A stretch of DNA of 51,308 nucleotides, counting the filler, from Sphacelaria rigidula (Eukaryota): assembly GCA_964200075.2 (NCBI GenBank). It is 2 parts of 2 records of this genome, joined end to end, with 100 filler letters (N's around TTAATTAATTAA, not from the genome) between each part and the next. Parts side by side here need not be neighbours in the genome. Positions count along the whole stretch, not along the records: positions 1 to 25,610 come from CAXNAA020000159.1; positions 25,711 to 51,308 come from CAXNAA020000160.1. The stretch is one strand, 5' to 3'. The position numbers and the translations under genes are program-made. Under the pieces are notes generated by a model, which saw only the letters and a list, made by a program, of their open reading frames with translations, was not told the DNA's origin and ran no database searches. Positions 23,911-35,013 of this stretch are shown here, piece by piece. How positions within the stretch are numbered: position 1 is the stretch's first letter; every line of letters begins with the position of its first letter.

Positions 23911-25610
23911 CACTGGCGAGCCGTACATGTAGCACTGCCGGTAGATAGGGAGGGGGATAAGTTTGGTGACGCGCGCGGTCGAGGTTTAGCTTGATGCGCG
24001 CGCCATATGTGGTTGGCTGATCTGCTGACATCTGTGTATTGACCCTGTTCGAAGTACATATATTAAAAGGATCGTTGTGTGCGTAGTGCGGGATGACTCA
24101 TGTCGAGTCCGTGTAAGCAGGCTTGTCGTTCCCTCTATGGAGGCTCATTGCTGTGGTCTCTTGCCCCTTGTCAACACGCGAGCGGCTGTGTTGCATGTGT
24201 ATACTCGTGAAATGATTGAGGATTCAGTAGGTGCGTGCAAACGTAGTATCAATAGTACCTACCTTGTTAGACCAGTCCAGAAAGCCATCATTACTTCATT
24301 AAGCAGTGTGAAGTGGAGATTCGTTTGTGCCCGAGGGACTGTTTGCCGTGTTTCACGTTGTAAGATTGAAAACCAAGTGAGTCTAGCGAAAGCGCATGCT
24401 GTGTTGTTGTCCAATCTTGTGATGATGATGGCGATGAATAAGGCGGTTCCCTTTTTCAGGATCGCGCATCGCGTGTGATGGAGGTGTGTACCTTGTTTTG
24501 TACCTTGTCGTTGCTCATCAGGGTGGGGGAAGTGGCCGCGGTACCAATCAGAGCGCGTGGAGCACTTGATGTTGTCTATACGGTTGCAGAGAGCTTACCT
24601 GGGCTACTTTTTGCCGCTACCGTTTGCCATATTTACGCCGAAGACACTTTTGGGGGCCGAGTAGTGAGACTTTTACTTGTAGACCACTGCCCCATCAGGT
24701 ACCAGTACCGTTCTTTATAAGGTCTGCCAAAGGAAATCACACTTACCCATCTCCAAACAGGAGGGGCGGCAAAAGTGAAAAAAAAGAAGAAAAAAAAACA
24801 CACGACCATCTTCGAACCGGACACAATTACTTCACATGGTGGATGACTGGCGTAAAAATTGCACAGGGCCAAAAATATTGAACTGGTACAGAATCATGTA
24901 CGAGTGAAAAATACTACGTAGTACTAGAGATCCGCGTTCCCACCAAAAGAATGACGGAGCGGATATACTACGTTCAGGAACATAGAGGGATGGAGATTCG
25001 CGCAACCCGCAGATTAAAAATACTGGACAGCCGGATTATTCTCTGAATCCGGGTCGGTCGGAGTTATGCCTGGACGGAGTTGACAGATTCTGCGACCAAT
25101 ATTTCTATAGGGAGTGCTGTAGAGGTGTTTACGAGTACTAATCGGTATTCGGCGCGATTTTCTTCCACAAGGTCTACTCGCATGTATTTCCGTAGGCCAT
25201 GTGGCTCTGTGAGGGGAGCACGAGCATCGCGGCGAGGCTTATCGAGGCAATAGAACGACTAGATAGTCCACGAGAAACATGTATTACACCCGTATGATGA
25301 CCATAATCCAGCGAGAGCATCAGCGAGGACGTGGGAGAGGCGGGGGGTTGGGATTAAGCTCGAGCAAAGGGTAAGAGCGAAGTGTCCTACAGTATTCCCC
25401 CCTCCCCTCCCCCACCTGGTCTGGCGAGAACCCGGCGTGCTTCGTCCCGTCTCCGCAGGGGCGGACCCCCGATGGGGTTGGCGTCGGTTGGCGATGACGC
25501 AATCAAGCACGCCATTCGCTGCGTAAGCTAGGCAACCAGGTTACCGAATTGTTTCGCGCGCTTGCGTTTTTTTTTCGGTAACCATTGCGGCCGTCGGGGC
25601 TGGTCATGTT

Positions 25611-25710
25611 NNNNNNNNNNNNNNNNNNNNNNNNNNNNNNNNNNNNNNNNNNNNTTAATTAATTAANNNNNNNNNNNNNNNNNNNNNNNNNNNNNNNNNN
25701 NNNNNNNNNN
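25611..25710. other. Artificial 100-bp scaffold/contig spacer (N44-TTAATTAATTAA-N44)
   Basis: A palindromic 12-mer with stops in all six frames, centred in Ns. This is a standard contig-joining linker design. Confidence 0.92.
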
Positions 25711-26711
25711 GCTATCGTAGAAAGTGTCGTATTCATGGAAGGTATGAAGCGGGTACCTTCTACAGCACCACGCACGAGCTGAGAAGCTGTATAAATGACA
25801 AATGATGTACGAACCGTATGATTTATTCGTTGAAATGATGACTCTGAGTTGAATCGATCTTATTTTTGCGTCCTAACCGTGTTGTTGGGTCTGGACAAGG
25901 AAACCCCAAGTGGGTTCCGTCGAGGTCTGTTTTTATACAGCAATAATTGCCAACTACGGTGAACTGCCGCACACGACTGCGCAACTTTGTTCACGATGTT
26001 CAATTTACAATATCCTCGATGTTTCTTTCCTATACTATGGTACCGGCCACATCCCCTTCGTTGTCGGGTAGTCTGAAACACAGAAAAGTGAAAAGTGCTC
26101 CGTGTTGTACTCCCGGCACGGCGGAGCAATCCGCCATACAGGTGCTTTCGGTACATTATGGCGTGTTCCCTTCCTGTGATGTCCCAAAATAGCAACATAC
26201 GACCACGCCGTCGATGGTTCTTGGGGGAAACGCATCTTCCCACGATTACGCAGAGGTATCGCTCGTGCACGGTACTCAACAGCCGCGGCGAACTGCCGCG
26301 CATCCCTTGTACCTGCCGAGTGTGGTGTTATGTTGACTCCTCATGATGCGCAAGCAGTCATGCTGTGTAAACCGTTGGTCCGCTGAGTCGAGGGTGGATA
26401 ACACATATGCAGCGCAGTCATCTTGCGTACGGGCGCTCACCTCGAATGACTTGGTCGAGCAACTTGTACATGACGTTCCCGACTCATGGTGGTAAGAAGT
26501 GCGTGGCACGTACAATCGATGCATCCACATTTGCAATGCAGGGTTGACTATGTGCCCATTATCATGGAAGGTATAAAGCGGGCACCTTCGGGTTATACTG
26601 CACCACGCACGAGCTGAGAAGCTGTATGAATGACAAATGATGTGCGAACCGTATGATTTATTCGTTGAAATGATGACTCTGAATTGACTCACGAGATAAT
26701 GTTTCCTAACC

Positions 26712-29668
26712 ATGTACTGGTTCCAGAGCTACAAAGTTGCTCAAATCATCCATGATTACCAAAATGTATCAAAACCCAGCATCCTCCGACAAACCCTGGG
26801 AAGCTAACGGGCCACTCTCTCCCACGTGCAAGTCAAAATAAACGACTTCATTCGTTGCGGTCCCACGGACCGTTTCACCGAGCGGGCGGGGAACAACATC
26901 ATCCGCCCTCGAATCAGCGCAGTGAAGGCACTGGCGGACAAACTCGCGCACATGAGTTTCCATTCCCTGCCAAACACAAAATTCTTGCAAGCGCACGAGC
27001 GTCGCAGCCACACCGCGATGCCCGGCATCACGCATGTGCGCACAAATCATCAAACGCATGTGCAATTGTTCGTTGTAGCTGGGAATCCACAACACGTTTC
27101 GGCCACGCACATGCACACGAAGCAGATCTTCATTGTCCAAGATAGCAGTACCAACGTCCGGCTCGAAAGATTGCACATCCGCATCTTCGGCCCCAAGGTT
27201 TTTTCGTTGCGCTTGGCGGACAACAGATTTGGACGGCATCGAGTGATCAGGTTCACACGGACCACACACAGCCACAGCGCGCATAGGCATATGAATTTCA
27301 ACTGTAGGCACTTGCATGACCAAACTACCCCAATGGCACTCATATGCATCCGGAAACATTGACACCTGACAATTAGGATGAGAATAGAGCAGCGTCACGG
27401 CATGAGCCACCAGATCCTTCGCTGCCGCCCACATCTGCAGCCTGCCCTCCGTCCACGATGCAGCCTTCTTCGGAAACGCCATATTTGGACTGGACCACCC
27501 CGCCTGCGAATTCCGTCACACCAACCCGAGCGCCAAAAGAGCCGCCATGCACAACGCCAACCAACTCAACTTCACTGGATCGTACCGCCGCGGCTTCGTC
27601 TTCGCCACGGACGCCCCAGGTTTCGGCTGAACACGCATGGACTCCACGCGCGCAGGGGGATCACCCCGCAGCGCACGACGAAACGCGTTGACGCGGCAAT
27701 GCAATATGCCGCGCAGGCGCTCCGCTTTTGAGACGCTGAGGCTTTTCTCCCCAGCATCCGTCACGCTCTCCTCCAGCGCGACTTTCCAAGCGGACTCCTC
27801 TTCCGCCGGAATCATTATCACCTCCGGGCCGCGCTCTACTAAGCGTTCCATCACCGCATCCCGCTCCTCGGTCATCTGCCCTCCAGCCTCCTGGAAAGCA
27901 TCCACCGACAAGCTCACGCGACGACTGCCCAACAAAAGGCGGCCGTCTCCACGTGCGGACCAGGTGGAGACAGTCGCGTCTTGATGGAGTCTTTCAACAG
28001 CTTATACGGGTCGACTCCTAGATCCTGTAGCGTCGGCAGCCTCAGAAAAACAACGCCATCCGACCCTGGCATAATCGCAAACGACATCGGAGGCAACGGC
28101 GCCAGCCCCCAAGCAGTCTTGAGGGCTAGCTGCAACGGAACAGTACGCTCCGTGACTGAAACATGCTGACCTGACGCGGTGACTGCCTGCCGCGCCCCGA
28201 GCAAAAACGGAATGCGCAGCGGCACACCCGGGAGTTGACGCTACAGCATCTCAACCATCTGCACCGGCAGACTAGTGAAATGGGGGCCAGAATCTAACAC
28301 AGACCGAAGCACAATGACTCCACGCTGCCGTTGATTCGGAAGACATAACTCCGCCGGAATGTATCTGTCGGCAAGCTCCACGGTAACTTCTCCCGCTGAC
28401 CTATGAGCCACTAATCCCACTTGACGCCACGGCTGCGCAACCTGCGCAGGCGAAGACGTCCCGGCAGGTTCAAACGGCATCGCCGGCAGGTACGCCCCCC
28501 AGCCGGCAAACCAAGAATTTGCCGACCCTCCGACCAGCGCGTCAGCAGGCGTCGCGCCTGGCGCTGCTGCCGGTGTCGCCGCCGGCGCCACCACCGGCGC
28601 CGGCGCAGTGTTCGACTCTGTAGAAGTTGGGCCCACCTGCACCGCCCGCTGCGGAGCAACAGCATCTACGGCAGTGCCAGACCTAGAGCCAGGCCTATGC
28701 TGACGCCGCTGCCCCTGCTGCTGCTGATTCTGCTGCTGCTGCGGCTGCTGCTGAGGGCTCGTCTGCCACCCTCCATCACCAGAGGATCCGCTGCTGCCAC
28801 CACGATTACCTCGTCTTTTGCCCTTGTGCTGACGATGCTGATGGCGCGCGGCACTAGACTGCCCAGACTCTCCACCGGAAGACGTTGAGCAATCGCGTGC
28901 GTAATGGCCGACCTGGCCACAGCGGTGGCAAGTAATACTCGCGGCGCGACCAGCCGATTTCGAGCCATGGTTGCGCAAAGATTTCGGCGAAGAGGTGGAC
29001 TTCTGGCCGAACACCTCTATTTCCCGCCACTCCTTGGCCTCGGCCACGACGGTGCTCATCACCAGGAACGGGTCGTCCTTCCAATCTGTTTGGTGCTGTA
29101 GCTTGACAAGCACGGTTTGCTTGAAAATGTTCGGTGCCAACCCCTCCACCAAAGCCTCAGTGATTACTGCCGCCGGGCCGGGAATGAACTCACCATCGGG
29201 GGAACGATGTACTAGTTCTATGTTTGGATTTTCCGTGAAGTACTTCTCCAAATTGGCCAAGATGGGCTCCACACGCTCCAACATCGTTTTCCCCCGAGAA
29301 TCCATTGCGACAGCTTTCGCGACGGCCGCAGACGCTTGGGTCAGATCTACCTCGGCGCCCGCCGAGTGCCCAGCATGCTTTCTGATCGCCGCAACCAATT
29401 GCGGTGAAGTGAGAGTGCTCTCATTATGTTTCAAACGAACGAACACTCTCTGTACATGAGTCGGTACTTATTGAGCCATGGTCACCACCTGATGCCGCAC
29501 GGCACCCCCTGCATTAACGTGCTCCACACGCCTCTTGTATTCCAAATACCTCGTGTAAAAAGTGCGAGATGCACTCTCTGAGTACCTGTCCCCGTATTGG
29601 GGAGGTCGCAATTCTTCCCGCATGGCCATGGGTGTCACGGTGGACGTAACTCGTGAGCCGGTCGCCAT
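26712..29668 (-). mobile_element. Ty3/Gypsy LTR retrotransposon internal region, defective (gag-PR-[RT/RH deleted]-partial IN)
   Basis: Gag with zinc knuckle CHRCGQVGHYARDC (in-frame TAA at 29468-29470). Protease VLDSG. RT N-terminus ...PRRYDP...WSSPNMAFPKK. RT/RH connection WTE...K.LV..AV.L..P...FPDA...WG. Integrase HHCC (HMRDAGH...CLHC) and the first catalytic strand VYFDL...YILVIMDDLSNF. Domain order PR-RT-RH-IN is Gypsy-type. Confidence 0.92.
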
Positions 29669-29940
29669 AGCTCTAGTTGTAACCGGCTACCTGCGAACCT
29701 CTGCAGGCCAGCGGACCTTCGCAAATTGCACTTCCCTTGCTTCGTCGCCGCACAACACAGTCGTAGGACCCTCCAAGCTCCCGCTGCATGCAGCTTCAGC
29801 AAGTCTTCAGTCTGGATCAATCACAGGCCAGCCGCCTTTCTGCAGCTGCCTCCGCTGAAATCTTCTCCACGCGTCCGTGATGTATCAGGTTTCTACAGCT
29901 CCCAGACTCCTACCGAAACCCTTTCCAGTAGATTTCTAGC

Positions 29941-30010
29941 ACTAACACTAACACTAACACTAACACTAACACTAACACTAACACTAACACTAACACTACC
30001 ACTACCACTA
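29941..30010. repeat. (ACTAAC)n hexamer tandem repeat
   Basis: About 9 perfect ACTAAC units, then ACTACC variants, between gag and the candidate LTR. Confidence 0.95.
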
Positions 30011-30020
30011 ATATCAATAT

Positions 30021-30266
30021 TGTGACGCCAGCCAGTGGAAGCACTGTTGGATCACTGCTGTTGAGGAACCCAGTCTTACTGGCCTCAGTTTCAGTTGTCA
30101 GCCTTTACAACATTCTCATTATTCAGGAGTGCCCTCGTAGGCACAGCCTCCCAGACACGCCAGGGTATCAACCTAGTGTTCCCAGTCATTATCCAGATCA
30201 TCACCGCCAACGGTCATTATCCAGGTCATCACTACCAACTCAACGTAACGGCGAATTTTCGTCACA
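30021..30266 (-). repeat. Candidate 5' LTR (246 bp) of the Gypsy element
   Basis: Bounded by the perfect 7-bp inverted ends TGTGACG...CGTCACA (TG...CA rule) and lies upstream of gag on minus. No second copy in the window and no tRNA PBS seen. Confidence 0.55.
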
Positions 30267-30269
30267 GGT

Positions 30270-31300
30270 CCCCGCGACTCGTACACAGTACAGTTCATGA
30301 TAACCAGCGCATGTCGGTGGCGTTTATTTCATTCATATCCATTTTTGAACTGGTACGGTATACTAGTTCGTACAGCACGGAGCATGCGGCAGTACTAGAT
30401 CGAAAAACTGGTACACCACACCTCCAAGTGCAACAACAATTGACTCGTCGGCATTTCTTCTGCGTCCTTTCGAATAAAGCGTCATGTAACATGATGAGCA
30501 ATACCGTGACGGGCTGCCACAGGAGAGTACAACGCTGTAGTGCACAAAGCGCTGGCACGGTGTCAGCAACACGAAAACGCTAGCGCGCGTGCTGCTCGAA
30601 AGTAACGCGCTCCGCCCGTGCAATTTTATTCAGTGCATTTTATTATATTTCAATGCAGCGGTTACCCCTTGGGTGTGGAGCCGATACTATGTACCAACCG
30701 CGGCGTGACGCCTGCGGCGGGACTACCTGCTCACTGCACAGTGTCAGGGTTCAGGGTGACAAAGCACACCGCAGAACGTCGCATCCTTAGTCTGTCCCTG
30801 TCCTGCATTGACTTCGCGTTGTCGTATGCAATTCGCCACATCATTAGTGCAGCCGTTGTGTCGCAGCCAAGGTGTACGCAGGATGTACACCTCGCCACGC
30901 GCTATATTTTTACGTCACATTTTGTAAAGCTCTCCGTGTTGCAGCTACAGCGTGCTCTTGCCCCAGGTGGCGCACGCAGGAGTGAAAGGCCGCCTCTGCC
31001 GCTGCAATGGCTGCCTGTATCTTGGGCGAAACTGTATGGTAACAGCCGCGGCTGATGTGTCCACATAAACCGAAAGGTGGAGACGGGCATCCAGAACAGA
31101 TGGGACGACAACACACACAGCACACTCGACGTTGCGCAGTACACTTTCAACATCGTGTTCGTAATGTTTGTGGAATTTTTTGTCCACGGTTGGGCACATT
31201 TTTCATATAAACTGTAATGCAGGGGCCCATCACAACTTCGTCGGTTTCCCGCTCAGCCCGATTTAGGCATTTTATAGATCGCTCTGTGTCCAGGGCGCTT
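30270..31300 (+). repeat. ~1-kb dispersed repeat, copy A
   Basis: Aligns by eye with 31900-33550 (e.g. TACCGTGACGGGCTGCCACAGG, GCTAGCGCGCGTGCTGCTCGAAA, GTGGCGCACGCAGGAGTGAAAGGCCG). Confidence 0.88.
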
Positions 31301-31899
31301 CCAATTTCAAATTATTTCGGTGATTGTGATATAGTCTAATGTTGCGGTCCCGGATTTCGGCGGTCAAACCGGAATGGTCTCGGCTAGGCCCTTCTACTCT
31401 AAATTGAAAAGGTCTGCCCGTAACTTGTTGTGTAATTCACACGTGGTATCTATCTCCTACGGCTCGGACGAATCACCGCCGATTCGAATCACCAAATCCA
31501 CAATTTCTCAGGCCTGATTGCCCGAAAGAGAAACAAAGGTCGACCGCTGGTCAAACAGGTCTCCACGCAACTTTTGTGCCGTTCCACGTGCCTGGGCTAC
31601 GCAGACCTGGGTTGCAACGCTGAAAACAAAGCCTAAGGACTGATTCGTACCGTACGGATCAATTACACTAAGAATCGAATCATTTCCGGACGAATCATTG
31701 ATTCGTCCAACCCTTGCTATCTTCGTACGGAAGGTAGTGGAGGGACTGATGGACTCGTTTCGGTACCAAAACGCCCAGGTATTTATCATAATGTATTAAT
31801 GCAAATGCATATTCTTGTGTCTCGTTCGAATCACGCGTTTCATACTGCCTGTACTGCAGTATGGTTGCGCCCTAGCATTCCCTGACAAAAACTACGCTT

Positions 31900-33550
31900 C
31901 CTGCGCCTCGTACACAGTTCATGATAACCAGAGCATGCCGGTGGCGTATATATAATACATGCAGCATCCGTTTTCGAACTGGCACGGTATACTATTTGGT
32001 ACAACACGCAGCATGCGGGGGTTCTATCGAAAAACAACTGATTCACCACAATCCAAGTACAACAACGATGGACTCGCTGGCATCTCTTCTGCGTGTTTTC
32101 GAATAAAGCGTGATGAAACATGAGGAGCACTACCGTGACGGGCTGCCACAGGGGAGTACAGCGCTTTGGTGCACAAGCGCGCTGGCACGATGTCGACAAC
32201 ACGGAAAACGCTAGCGCGCGTGCTGCTCGAAAATAACGCTCTTCGCGTATGTAATTTAATTCAATTCGTTTTATTGAATTCAATGCAGAGGTTACCCGAG
32301 GGGTGTGGAGCCGACACTACTGTGTACCAACCGCATCGTGAGGCATTCGACGGTACTACCTGCTCACTGCACAGCGGTAGGGTGCAGGGTGGCAAAGCAC
32401 ACCGCAGGACGTGACATTCTTAGCCTATTCCTGTCCTGCATTGATTTCGCGTTGTCCTATGCAGTTCGCCACATCATGAACGCAGCTGCTTGTATCTGCG
32501 GCAAACGTGAGTGATGCTACGGTAGGGTTGCAGTTTTCGAGCGAAAATGTTTCTCGGGGTGTTGCAGGCATCATTTTGAGAATCGGCATCATTTTCACTT
32601 GAAAAAGACTGAAAATGATGCCGATTCACGGAAAGGCCCCTGTGTGCATCTCCATGTCCTGTCCCCGGACATTTGGGTTGCACTGTAAGCCCCATATATT
32701 TGGGCTCCTACAAAAACGAGACCCAGAAACAAAAAGTGCAACCCCTATCGTAGCATTGGTCACGTGTAGGCGGGATATCACGCCACGCGCTACAGTATAT
32801 CGCTACGTCACATTTTGCAAGGCTGCCCGTGTTGCAGCTACAGAGTGCGTTTTCCCCAAGTGGCGCACGCAGGAGTGAAAGGCCGTCTTCGCCACGGTAA
32901 CGGCTACCTGTATCTTGGGCGAACCTGAATGGTAACACAGCCGCGGCTGGTGCGCCCACATATACCGAAAGGTGGAGATGGGCGTCCAGAATAAATGGGA
33001 CGACACCACACACAACACACTGTATGCATTAAACTTCCAACATCGTGTTCGTACTGACTGTAGAAATCTTTTGTCCACGGTTTGGTACATTTCCATATAT
33101 AATGCAGGGTCTGGTACCATCTCGACTTATAATGTGACGGAGGGTCTGGTATGTTTCCACCTGTACATGTGTGTAACAATGTTCCTTGGTGATATCGAGA
33201 AAAAATCCACAACATCTGGGCGAACTGTAGGTGAGGCGCAATCGCCGAAATATTCACCTGCAAACTCTGCTCCAGTGCACTGTAAGTTGACATCACTAGA
33301 AGGATACTACCATAACCACCTTGCCGGCTGCCAGACTGACACAGGCTCTCAGGGCGCAGGATCCGCTAGCATTGCTACTGTCTGTACGGGGGTGTTGCCC
33401 CCTTGTCAGGTACGTTTTGGAGCATGATACTAGATGAAGATCACCCTTCCTTGTACATGGGCACAAAATGCTGGGCCCCTCACTCAAGACTTCGATTCGG
33501 AGGATGATACTAGGTAGGCAGCGGCAACTGCTGTGTGTCCAGGTGCCCCT
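31900..33550 (+). repeat. ~1-kb dispersed repeat, copy B, interrupted by insertions at 32509-32761 and about 33110-33465
   Basis: Direct homology to copy A on both sides of each insertion. Confidence 0.85.
32509..32761. mobile_element. 253-bp MITE with ACGT target duplication
   Basis: ACGT|GAGTGATGCTACGGTAGGGTTGCA ... TGCAACCCCTATCGTAGCATTGGTC|ACGT. Absent from the homologous position in copy A (about 30866-30876). Confidence 0.88.
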
Positions 33551-33578
33551 TGGAGCAGGATGCGCTTGGTGTCCGTTT

Positions 33579-35013
33579 GATGGAGTTATCCCCAAAACAC
33601 CGAAATCGATAGGGGTTTTAGACTGGAAAAATCTAGCAAAAAAACTATCGCAAGAATCCAATCGCAAGAATCAGGACGTAAAAACGGAGTCGCAAAAAAC
33701 CACTTCGTCGAATTTGGTTTACCCGCAGCAGGAACCAACTTCACTTTGTGAAATTGGAAAAAATGGCAGGATCCCTGGTCATACGGCTGACCTAGAACCG
33801 CCGCACTAGCATGAGAAACGTGCTGAGCGACCCTTGAGCACCCGCTTCTGATGAGGGTAAGGCTAACGTCTTGCAGGCATGGGGCATGCTCCTTCTTTGT
33901 TTACAAACCTTGCTCAATAACTTCGACTCTCGCTGGGGTAACGGGTCTAACTTCATGACGTACGAGGAGGGCGCGCGACGTCGTCCACAGGGCTTTCGTC
34001 CGGAACACGTGATGACGACCGCCCTCGACCCGCGGTGTAGAATGCCCTACGGCGTTCCAGACATCTAACACGACGACGTAGGTCGTGTGGTTGCGCAGGC
34101 CACCGCAAACATGGCAATGGCACAGCACGAGTAGCGGCAGTAGGAGCGTGAGGCCCGAGCGCGGCAGATTTCATTCACGCCGTCGCAGCATTCAAGTCAC
34201 GGAACCAGCAGCGGCAGGGGGGTCGGGAGAATCGAGCATGACATACTTCATCCGCCCCCTCGCGACGTCCGAGATCATGAAGGAGGACGGGTAAAAGCAA
34301 AACTGGCGCAAAGGGGCGATTTCAAGCGAATCCGCCAAGGCTTTGTGGCAACCTCTGAAGCGTAGACAACACCGGCTGCTTCGTTAACACCCGCTAGTCT
34401 GCCGGTGGATCTGAATCCTCATCGACGACGGGTGAAATCAGAGGTCAAGACATACCAGAAGCCCGCGATTGTGGCCCTTGAAGAGCAGCACGGGGGTGAT
34501 ACCGTTCGTTTCAACCTCCTCGACGCGTGGAAGGATAACTCCACCGACTTTTCTCCACTCTCAGCGTTTTTTTTACGCTTGCTCGCTATCCCAGCAACAC
34601 AGGCGCATTCCCAACGCACGCAATCAAGTACTCAAGAGATATCTATCAAGAAACGCAATAGATACGCAATAGACTGGACTCGGACAGCCTCGACCTCCTG
34701 GTATCGCTCAAGCAGTCAGATTGAACGTCGCCAGTGTCATAGATGTCCAAGCATGTGCTGTAAATTATAGTGTCGTTGCTTCAGAAACTTGGGACGCGTG
34801 CCGTACTGCATAACTCAACGTCCCCCGGGTTCCGAATCTCCGAGGTGTATCTTTGCAGGGCTCAGGTTTGTCGGGACGCACTACTCGGCGGGGTTCCAAA
34901 TGTTGAGCATTGGTACTTGCGTATGATTGCAGCTTTAGTGTTTCTGTCGATGTTGGTCGTATGTAGTGCTTGCGTTTTGGGCACTCGTCGACCTTGGGGG
35001 GGGATACTCCATC
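33579..35013 (+). mobile_element. Internally deleted hAT DNA transposon remnant
   Basis: Fragments with hAT motifs: TALDPR (about 34015-34035) and C-terminal dimerisation-domain-like AWK....FSPLS....RLLAIPATQAHSQR...KKRNR (34520-34665). Candidate TIRs GATGGAGTTATCCCC (33579) and GGGGATACTCCATC (35013). No 8-bp TSD visible. Confidence 0.75.

Noticed and set aside
29941-30010. CRISPR-like array or a true telomere
   Set aside because: It is a simple hexamer repeat without spacers, internal to the sequence, and not the TTAGGG unit.
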